Positions 56,101-63,530 of a stretch of DNA of 64,000 nucleotides are shown here, in pieces. Both the position numbers and the translations under genes were made by a program. Position 1 is the stretch's first letter; every line of letters starts with the position of its first letter. Below the pieces are notes generated by a model. The model ran no database searches, was not told where the DNA came from, and worked only from the letters and a program-made list of their open reading frames with translations. Source of the DNA: a virus; the IMG/VR virus record IMGVR_UViG_3300042402_001861, positions 64,001-128,000 of that record. One strand, written 5' to 3'.

Positions 56101-56985
56101 ATGCGTAGATTCCGAAGTTTCGTTTCCGAAGGTTACAACGGCGATGGCGATTGCATGGAAGCCGCCGCCAACCTAATGATGCGTTTTCACACTCCTTTCT
56201 TCGGAAAGCAGTTGCAGTCCAAGTCGGGAAATCCCATTCTCGTCCATGCCCTCGTCTACGGACAGGGGCCGGTGAAGAATCTTCGGTTCCCCCATGCATG
56301 GGTTGAGGATGGAGATACCGTCATCGACCAATCCAACGGTCGCGATATCCAAATGGACAAGCGAGTTTACTACGCAGTAGGCAAGATTGATCCCAAGCAG
56401 AAGGGTGCCTACAAGACATATACCTTCAAGGAAATGAAGAAGAAGTTGACATCTACAGGTCACTACGGACATTGGGACTTGGATGAGAAACTTGAGGAAG
56501 TCACTTCGCGAATTGGCAAGATGCGAAAGCCGGTTGGACGCAAGGTGATGGACATCCTGAAGGAAGCAATCGTCAGCGGAGTGGGCGGTGGCGTAAGAAA
56601 GCCGATGCCCCCTTCATCCCCCGTCAAGAAGATTGAGTGGAACGAGTTGAAGCGGCTTGAGTCGATGCTTGACAATCTGTTCGCCGCTGCAAAGTTGGAC
56701 ATCAAGTTCACCAAGCACTTCCTTGAGAGAGTCAACGGTTCCCGTGGGTACGGCGGCACCGTGACGATGGGTGAGATTCAGGATGCCTTCAACAAGACAT
56801 TCAAGAAGTATGCAAGCGTCATTCAGAACAAGCCCGTCGATTGGAAGGCAGTCATCAACGATGTCTCCAAGAATCTCAACATGCCGTTTGCGTTGGATTG
56901 GGACGCAAGCAAGAAAAGCATGGTGATCCTGACGGCGATGAAGAAACCCAACTTTGCCTCGCCCGACCCAAAGTTGAAGGTCTGA
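56101..56985 (+). CDS. Two-domain protein: transglutaminase-like C/H/D domain plus possible RNase-like domain, internal-protein-type leader
   Basis: MRRFRSFVSE-G; CMEAA, HAWVE, VID; FTKHFLERVN; TAAATA 56090-56095. Confidence 0.6.
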   Translation: MRRFRSFVSEGYNGDGDCMEAAANLMMRFHTPFFGKQLQSKSGNPILVHALVYGQGPVKNLRFPHAWVEDGDTVIDQSNGRDIQMDKRVYYAVGKIDPKQKGAYKTYTFKEMKKKLTSTGHYGHWDLDEKLEEVTSRIGKMRKPVGRKVMDILKEAIVSGVGGGVRKPMPPSSPVKKIEWNELKRLESMLDNLFAAAKLDIKFTKHFLERVNGSRGYGGTVTMGEIQDAFNKTFKKYASVIQNKPVDWKAVINDVSKNLNMPFALDWDASKKSMVILTAMKKPNFASPDPKLKV

Positions 56986-57070
56986 TAACAAACAAAGTTA
57001 TTGGTCAAATTCCGCAGCATCCAAGGGGGTTGACGGCGAGAACGGATTTTGCTAAACTTGGGTCAGACAA

Positions 57071-57943
57071 ATGACCACGACGATGACCGCCAACTCCCCA
57101 ACCGTCACGAACCGCCCCCTGCTGCCCGAGATGCAACCGGACTTCGCGACGATGGCGGTGCCTTCGACCGCCGATTGGGATTTTGTCAGGGAAACGGTTT
57201 CTATGACAAATTTTGTCAGGGAAACCTACCGTGGTGTCGTGTTCAGCGCCAAAAAGGTGGAAGATGCCCTAGAGCAACTACGCTCTCGCGGGGAAGTCTA
57301 CGCCGCCGTCATGACGGTCGATGTTGATGAGTCCCGCCCCGTATCCTCCGACTACGATCCTACCGTGTTTGGTAGGGTCTACCTTCGGGTGGCTTATCGG
57401 AACAACGCAACACCGAACAATCCCGTCGATGTCACCGCCATTCCCTTGGCTTCGATGTACACGCAGTTCTATCCGACCGCGAGTGACCGTGAGCGGCTGA
57501 GGGCCACCGTCACCGAGATGGTGGAAACCGTCAGTCCGCTGACGGATTATTGGAAGTCCCTGCTCACCACGGCCAAGTCGATGGTGGCTTCTCCCGACCG
57601 TGTTGAAGCAGCACGGACGGAATTGATCCTTGGGATGATGGAGCAAATCCGCAACGATATGCGGGCTGCTCTCAACGACAAAATGCGCCGTGGCTGCAAC
57701 ATCGGAGTCAAGGTCGTGAGAGGACGCAAGGTTCCTGTTGGCACCATGGGCAAGGTCTTTTGGGCAGGCAAGAATCAATGGGGTCTTCGGGTCGGGCTGA
57801 AGACGGACAAGGGAACCGTCTATTGGACCAGCGTGGCAAATGTTGAAGTCACCGACCAGCCCAACGAAATGGAAGTCCTGGCCACGGCTAGGCAGCGATA
57901 CACCAACATCTACTCCGACCTGTTCGGTTCCGCCCGAGACTAA
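57071..57943 (+). CDS. Hypothetical early protein, C-terminal KOW/SH3-like
   Basis: TTGACG-17-TAAACT promoter; VKVVRGRKVPVGTMGKVFW. Confidence 0.75.
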   Translation: MTTTMTANSPTVTNRPLLPEMQPDFATMAVPSTADWDFVRETVSMTNFVRETYRGVVFSAKKVEDALEQLRSRGEVYAAVMTVDVDESRPVSSDYDPTVFGRVYLRVAYRNNATPNNPVDVTAIPLASMYTQFYPTASDRERLRATVTEMVETVSPLTDYWKSLLTTAKSMVASPDRVEAARTELILGMMEQIRNDMRAALNDKMRRGCNIGVKVVRGRKVPVGTMGKVFWAGKNQWGLRVGLKTDKGTVYWTSVANVEVTDQPNEMEVLATARQRYTNIYSDLFGSARD

Positions 57944-57962
57944 CAAAAGTTTGTCTTTGCTG

Positions 57963-57990
57963 CCCCGCCCAAGAGGCGGGGTTTTTCTTT
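57963..57990 (+). terminator. Intrinsic terminator
   Basis: ccccgcc-caaga-ggcgggg-tttttcttt. Confidence 0.85.
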
Positions 57991-57991
57991 G

Positions 57992-58019
57992 TTGACATCA
58001 ACCCCCCATGGGGTATAAT
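57992..58019 (+). promoter_or_regulatory. Sigma70-type promoter of tRNA cluster
   Basis: TTGACA-16-TATAAT, tRNA starts 9 nt later. Confidence 0.8.
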
Positions 58020-58028
58020 CCCGACAAT

Positions 58029-58101
58029 GGCACGGTAGACCAACGGCAGAGTCAGTTGACTCAAAATCAACATAGTGTGGGTTCGAATCCCACCCGTGCT
58101 A
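58029..58101 (+). tRNA. tRNA with CAA (Leu) anticodon and short variable loop
   Basis: GTTGA-CTCAAAA-TCAAC anticodon arm; 5-nt variable region; G1:U72. Confidence 0.85.
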
Positions 58102-58113
58102 CTATAGATACTT

Positions 58114-58185
58114 GCGAATGTAACTCAGCGGTAGAGTCTCGGTTTTCCAAACCGATGGTCGTGGGTTCGAATCCCATCATTCGCT
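58114..58185 (+). tRNA. tRNA-Gly(UCC)
   Basis: GCGAATG/CATTCGC acceptor, TT-TCC-AA loop. Confidence 0.93.
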
Positions 58186-58190
58186 TATAT

Positions 58191-58295
58191 GCGTAGTTAA
58201 GCAGCAGGGGATAAACCGCTAGGCTTACTAGGGTCGCCTACTTGCAAGGGGTGATCTGATACAGAGCAACAGAGGTGCAAGTCCTCCGCTACGCT
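58191..58295 (+). ncRNA. tRNA-like RNA without a canonical anticodon arm
   Basis: GCGTAGT/GCTACGC acceptor-like stem, GAGG-TGCAAGT-CCTC T-like arm, enlarged middle. Confidence 0.6.
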
Positions 58296-58299
58296 TCGA

Positions 58300-58371
58300 T
58301 GGCCCATAGCACAACGGTAGTGCGATCCGCTGTTAACGGATAGGTTGAAGGTTCGAATCCTTCTGGGCCAG
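58300..58371 (+). tRNA. tRNA-Asn(GUU)
   Basis: TGGCCCA/TGGGCCA acceptor, CT-GTT-AA loop. Confidence 0.95.
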
Positions 58372-58416
58372 TTTATAAATAACCGTGTATGAGCCGATGT
58401 TGAAAGGAGGCTCACC

Positions 58417-59214
58417 ATGCGGATGCGTAATCTAGCGGCGGCTGCACTTGCGGTCGCTCTTCCCACGGTAGGGCTGAATGCCTGCAAAGGTGTCAGCCCT
58501 TTGTCTTTCCATGAGTCGATGGAGGCACAGCGAACGGTGGTGATACGCAGGATAATTTCCTGCAATATTGCAATCTCGTACAACAATGCATTGGGTTCGG
58601 GTGTTGTGTATCGCAAAGATGGAAAGTTGTATGCACTTACCGCTGCCCATGTCGTTGAAGACGAACCCACCACGGTCGCAGCATTTTCGGTAAACGGTTC
58701 AGCACCGATTCCTTTCGTCACAAAGACCCACGGAACCAAGGACATACTTGTGTTTGCCGTGGAGGAAAATGGAACGAATGTGTATTATGCCTGCAAGGCA
58801 GACATTGTTCTTGTGGTTCCAGAAGAGGACATAGCGGTCTTGCAGTTGCAGGAAATACCCGGCTTGGTTGAAAACATTGGCAATTCAACTTTTGACTTTT
58901 CGACTCCAACCATTGGTGAAAGAGTCTTTGCCGTTGGCAACACCTCTTTCGAAATTGGAACTTTGTCGGCAGGGATAGTTCAGCATGGAAACAGAAAGCC
59001 CGCAGGAAGCACAGGAGAACAAAGATTCGTACAGAGCGACTGTGCAGGAGGACCGGGGATGAGTGGTGGTGGGCTGTTCCTGCAAAGCACGGGAGAGTGC
59101 ATCGGAATCGTGTCCATGAAGAGCGATATCACGGGAAGCATTTATGCCATCCCTATGAGCAAAGTCAAAACTTCAATTTTGAATTCCCTTCGGAAGGATG
59201 TCTGTCCCGACTGA
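58417..59214 (+). CDS. Trypsin-like serine protease, predicted lipoprotein
   Basis: TAAHVV, EDIAVL, GPGMSGGG triad; lipobox-like LNAC; TATAAATA 58374-58381. Confidence 0.85.
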   Translation: MRMRNLAAAALAVALPTVGLNACKGVSPLSFHESMEAQRTVVIRRIISCNIAISYNNALGSGVVYRKDGKLYALTAAHVVEDEPTTVAAFSVNGSAPIPFVTKTHGTKDILVFAVEENGTNVYYACKADIVLVVPEEDIAVLQLQEIPGLVENIGNSTFDFSTPTIGERVFAVGNTSFEIGTLSAGIVQHGNRKPAGSTGEQRFVQSDCAGGPGMSGGGLFLQSTGECIGIVSMKSDITGSIYAIPMSKVKTSILNSLRKDVCPD

Positions 59215-59256
59215 ACATCCATTGTCTCTATCTCGTACTTCTAGCAGGAGATCACC

Positions 59257-60663
59257 ATGCTGCTACCTCTAGCAACCACCCTGTCGCTTCTCGCCCCTCC
59301 ACAGATTGCCGAAGTTCCGCAAGTGGATACCATGTTCATCCAATGGAAGCAGTCAGCAGACAAGGCACGAATACTTTCCTCGCTTGATGGCATTGAATCC
59401 GTACACCACTACGAGAACATTCCCAACCTTACTTTGGTTGACATGGTTGATGTTTCGTCAATGCAGCAGGCAACATCTAAACTTTCGGGAAATCCAAGCA
59501 TTGAATTCATCGAAGAGGATCGATGGGTCATCGTTGAGAGGCAGACTTTCCCACCACCGAATGATCCCGGCTTCTCTCAATGTTGGGGTCTTCGCAACAC
59601 CGGCTCAAGTGGCGGTCAGGCGGGATGGGACATGAATGCCTTGGGTGCTTGGGATGTAACCACGGGGAATCCTGCCGTCAGAGTGATGATCATCGAAACG
59701 GGAGTGGATGAGACACATGCTGACCTGAACCTAGACCAAGGCAGGGACTTTACCACAGGTGCCGTAAATGGCATCTTGGGTGGGGGGCCAAGCAATCAAT
59801 GTGACAATCATGGCACAGCCGTGGCAGGATGCATCTCCGCAAGGATCAACAACGCATCAGGCACGGTCGGGATCGCTCCCAATTGCAAGGTGGTATCGGC
59901 AAAGGTAGGCATTGCAACTACGCCATGCAGCGGCTCATGGAATGGACAGATCAGTTGGACGGTGAATGCCTTGAATTGGGCAATCGGTGCAGGCATAAAG
60001 GTGACCAACAACAGCAACGATTACGGCACATCCTCCAATGCAATGAGCAGCGCATATTCGGCAGGCCGTGCAGCAGGCATCGTGCATTTTGCAAGTGCAG
60101 GCAACGGAGGAACGGAGGGCATGGGATTCCCCGCAAGATTGAGCAGCGTCAATGCTGTAGGCTCTGCCTCAAGGAATGGAACCAAGTCTTCTTTCTCAAG
60201 TTACGGCAACGGAATTGCATTCGTTGCTCCCGGTCAGTCCATCTATACAACCGACAGAACAGGAAGTGCAGGATACAATTCAACAAATTGGGTTACCATC
60301 GACGGCACATCGTTCTCGTCGCCATATGCAGCCGGTGTCGCTGCCCTGCTGTTTTCCGTAAATCCAACCTTGACTCCCACGCAAGTTGAAAATGCGATGA
60401 AGTCAACAGCCGATGACATGGGAACCGCAGGCTATGACACACTTACGGGATGGGGAATGATCGATGCAGCAAAGGCCGTGCAGGCAGTTGCACCACAGCC
60501 CTGTCCTGCCGACTTGAACGGGGATTCAATCGTAGACGGAAATGATCTTGGAATTTTCCTGAGCCTGTGGGGGCAGTCAAATTCAGCAGCCGATTTCAAC
60601 AATGACAATTTTGTAGATGGAATCGATCTTGGAATTTTGCTAAACGCTTGGGGTGGCTGCTGA
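59257..60663 (+). CDS. S8 subtilisin-like protease with C-terminal GC-type dockerin
   Basis: ETG(D-site variant), HGTAVAG, GTSFSSP; CPADLNGDSIVDGNDL...DFNNDNFVDGIDL...WGGC; signal peptide. Confidence 0.92.
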   Translation: MLLPLATTLSLLAPPQIAEVPQVDTMFIQWKQSADKARILSSLDGIESVHHYENIPNLTLVDMVDVSSMQQATSKLSGNPSIEFIEEDRWVIVERQTFPPPNDPGFSQCWGLRNTGSSGGQAGWDMNALGAWDVTTGNPAVRVMIIETGVDETHADLNLDQGRDFTTGAVNGILGGGPSNQCDNHGTAVAGCISARINNASGTVGIAPNCKVVSAKVGIATTPCSGSWNGQISWTVNALNWAIGAGIKVTNNSNDYGTSSNAMSSAYSAGRAAGIVHFASAGNGGTEGMGFPARLSSVNAVGSASRNGTKSSFSSYGNGIAFVAPGQSIYTTDRTGSAGYNSTNWVTIDGTSFSSPYAAGVAALLFSVNPTLTPTQVENAMKSTADDMGTAGYDTLTGWGMIDAAKAVQAVAPQPCPADLNGDSIVDGNDLGIFLSLWGQSNSAADFNNDNFVDGIDLGILLNAWGGC

Positions 60664-60680
60664 AAGAAACCGAGAGTGGC

Positions 60681-60708
60681 TTGACTTTGCTGTCCCTGTC
60701 GTTATACT
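60681..60708 (+). promoter_or_regulatory. Sigma70-type promoter for gp45 operon
   Basis: TTGACT-16-TATACT. Confidence 0.75.
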
Positions 60709-60735
60709 GTGAGCAACACTTTGGAGAACTACACC

Positions 60736-61443
60736 ATGAAGATCAGCCAAGACACACTCGCAATCCTCAAGAACTTCAGCACGATCAACAGCAATCTGCT
60801 CGTTCGTCCGGGAAACACCCTGACCACGATCAGCCCCACCAAGAACATCCTCGCTGAAGCCACCGTCACCGAGACATTTGATGTTGAGTTTGGAGTTTGG
60901 GATTTGTCCAAGTTCCTCGCCACCATCAGCCTGTTCAAGGATCCCGAGTTTGACTTCAGCGATTCCTATGTGGAGATTTCCTCCACCGGCAGCAAGGCTT
61001 CGGTGAAGTACTACTACAGCGAACCCGAACTGCTCGTCAAGGCCGATAAGAAGTTGAAGATGCCGGGGACTCCCGTGAACTTCACCCTCACGGCCAAGGA
61101 CTACACGGAGTTGCAGAAGGCTGCATCCGTCCTTCAGGCACCTGACCTTGCATTGGAGTCCACCGACGATGACCGCATGGTTCTCCGTGTCTTTGATCGC
61201 AAGGACAGCACAAGCCACTCCTACAGCATCGATGTCGGAGAGAACAAGAGCGGTGCGGCTTTCTCTTTCCTCTTCAAGACCGAGAACCTGAAGATGATTC
61301 CTGGCACCTACGAGGTGGGCATCAGCGAGAAGAAGGTGAGTCAGTTCCGCAACAGCAACGGCATCACCTATTGGATTTCACTAGAGGCAGACAGCGAGTA
61401 CGAGGCTTCCAACAACAAGATCGCCAATGTCGCTTCTCGTTGA
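60736..61443 (+). CDS. gp45: Sliding clamp
   Basis: MKISQDTLAILKNFSTINSNL, FGVWDLSKFL, YWISLE. Confidence 0.96.
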   Translation: MKISQDTLAILKNFSTINSNLLVRPGNTLTTISPTKNILAEATVTETFDVEFGVWDLSKFLATISLFKDPEFDFSDSYVEISSTGSKASVKYYYSEPELLVKADKKLKMPGTPVNFTLTAKDYTELQKAASVLQAPDLALESTDDDRMVLRVFDRKDSTSHSYSIDVGENKSGAAFSFLFKTENLKMIPGTYEVGISEKKVSQFRNSNGITYWISLEADSEYEASNNKIANVASR

Positions 61444-62356
61444 AAAGTATCGTCCCGCCAAAATTGCCGATTGCGTCCTGCCCAAGAACATCAAGAAGAT
61501 GTTTGAGGATATCGCCAAGACTGGCGACATCCCCAACTTGATTCTCAACGGCGGTGCGGGTTGCGGCAAGACTACGGTAGCCAAGGCACTATGCAACGAA
61601 CTAGGCATCGACTACCTGTTCGTGAATGCTAGTGAGGACAGCGGCATCGATGTGCTGCGGACTCGCATCCGCAACTTTGCATCGACCGTTGCCCTTGGTG
61701 GAGGGAAGAAGGTTGTCATCCTTGATGAGGCTGACTATCTCAATCCGCAGTCCACGCAACCCGCACTCCGTGGGTTCATCGAAGAGTTCGCGGCAAACTG
61801 TCGCTTCATCATGACTTGCAACTTCAAGAGTCGGATCATCGAACCGCTGCACTCCCGCTGCACGATGATCGACTTCAAGATTCCAAGCAAGGAGAAGCCA
61901 ACGCTTGCATCGGAGTTTCTTGAACGGGCGAAGTTCGTGCTTGGCAGCGAGGGGATCGCTTATGACGAGAAGGTGGTTGCCCAACTCATCGTAAAGAACT
62001 TCCCCGATTTCCGCAAGGTTCTCAACCTGATTCAGCGTTATTCTGTGTCGGGTGCGATTGACTCGGGCATCCTGTCTGCATCTACGGACATCACGGTCAA
62101 CTCCCTCATCGAATCGATGAAGAAGAAGGACTTCAATGGCATCCGCAAGTGGGCAGTAGACAACGCCGACAAGGAGATGGCAGGAATTTTCCGCCGTATT
62201 TATGATTCTCTGCAAGACCACATCGACGCTCCATCGATTCCACAGGCCGTGCTGATTCTGTCGGAGTATCAGTACAAGTCTGCGTTCGTCGCGGATCAGG
62301 AAATCAACCTAGTCGCTTGCTGTCTCATGCTTGCTTCCGATTGCACCTTTCGATAA
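61427..62356 (+). CDS. gp44: Clamp loader large subunit
   Basis: LVEKYRP, GGAGCGKTT, ILDEAD, IIEPLHSRC, FPDFRK. Confidence 0.97.
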   Translation: MSLLVEKYRPAKIADCVLPKNIKKMFEDIAKTGDIPNLILNGGAGCGKTTVAKALCNELGIDYLFVNASEDSGIDVLRTRIRNFASTVALGGGKKVVILDEADYLNPQSTQPALRGFIEEFAANCRFIMTCNFKSRIIEPLHSRCTMIDFKIPSKEKPTLASEFLERAKFVLGSEGIAYDEKVVAQLIVKNFPDFRKVLNLIQRYSVSGAIDSGILSASTDITVNSLIESMKKKDFNGIRKWAVDNADKEMAGIFRRIYDSLQDHIDAPSIPQAVLILSEYQYKSAFVADQEINLVACCLMLASDCTFR

Positions 62357-62379
62357 ATAGAGAGCGAAGGGAGGTCGGT

Positions 62380-63099
62380 ATGGACAAGAAGATCCCTAGC
62401 CTCAATGACCTGTCGATCAATCTGCACTTGATCAACAAGAAGTACAAGATCAAGGACTTCATCGCGGAGTACCGCGAGGAGATATCCAAGATCAATGATC
62501 TTCTTCGGCAGGAACTCATCACTTCGGATGGTCTGACCAATCCCGTGCAGAAAGTTGTGCAAATCAGCCAAATGCTCACGGAAGAGGAGTTGGATCAGAC
62601 GATAGAAGTAGTGGAGAAGTTGTCTCACAAGTACGACTACACCTCCTACATTGAAGAGTGCGAAACCATTCGCAGAAACTTCATGGTTGACCGCGAGAAC
62701 TACTTTGCGGTGAAGGCAACCAAAAGCCAAGCCAAGATAGTTGATGAAGTGACCACGATCTTTGAATTGACGGGAACCTCGGAGATAATTTTCTCAAAAT
62801 GGATGGACAAGATCCTAGAGAAGATACAGCCCAAGACCCTTGAGATTGACTACGAAGACATCGACGGCAAGCGCAAGAAGGCCAAGGCAAAGCACAAAGT
62901 TGCCTCAATGAGCGATGACTTTGTTGAAGCACCACTCATTGATCGCTATCATGGCATCAATGCATACGACTCGTTCCTACTGCACTCGTTCTTTGATGTG
63001 TATCAGAACAAGTGGATTTACATACCAGTAAAGTTAATCATCTCATTGAGATGCGATGACGATATCGATGACCTTGATGTCGGTGAAGGGAAAAAATGA
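62380..63099 (+). CDS. Hypothetical protein inserted between gp44 and gp62
   Basis: Own TAAATA 62354-62359 and SD ggagg; C-terminal SH3/WYL-like pattern. Confidence 0.7.
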   Translation: MDKKIPSLNDLSINLHLINKKYKIKDFIAEYREEISKINDLLRQELITSDGLTNPVQKVVQISQMLTEEELDQTIEVVEKLSHKYDYTSYIEECETIRRNFMVDRENYFAVKATKSQAKIVDEVTTIFELTGTSEIIFSKWMDKILEKIQPKTLEIDYEDIDGKRKKAKAKHKVASMSDDFVEAPLIDRYHGINAYDSFLLHSFFDVYQNKWIYIPVKLIISLRCDDDIDDLDVGEGKK

Positions 63100-63482
63100 A
63101 CCCGTTTGAGTTTGTGAAGAGCATCAACGAAAAGACCGGAAACATCCTTGAGCAGAATTCAGACCTAGAGAAGGCATACACTCCCTTCTTGGTCAACCGT
63201 GGGCTGTCGTTCACTCCCGACACGATCCTCTCTGCCAACGAGATGAATGCCGCTCCATTCCTTGACAAGCGAATGCAGTATGACTATCTGTATTCAACGG
63301 TTCGCAAGAAGAAGCGGTATGCCAAGTGGATCAAGGCAGAGCAGGACGATCTTGAGGATTTGGTGGTCGAACACTTTCAGGTCAGTCGCCGTAGGGCAGC
63401 AGAATATCTTGCCTTGCTGACCGATAGGGACTTGCAGGAAATCAAGGAAAGAAACAACAAGGGCGGAATTCGCAAATCCTGA
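63096..63482 (+). CDS. gp62: Clamp loader small subunit
   Basis: MNPFEFVKSIN, YTPFLVNRGLS, QYDYL, RKKKRYAKW. Confidence 0.93.
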   Translation: MNPFEFVKSINEKTGNILEQNSDLEKAYTPFLVNRGLSFTPDTILSANEMNAAPFLDKRMQYDYLYSTVRKKKRYAKWIKAEQDDLEDLVVEHFQVSRRRAAEYLALLTDRDLQEIKERNNKGGIRKS

Positions 63483-63530
63483 AACACGGATTGACTAAAT
63501 ATCTCCTGTATGCCCAACTAGGAGATCGTC

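Noticed and set aside
58227-58237. CTA within the loop of the tRNA-like RNA as an amber suppressor anticodon
   Set aside because: Loop is 11 nt, CTA is off-centre and lacks a U33 context; core genes read intact in code 11 and TAG ends gp17
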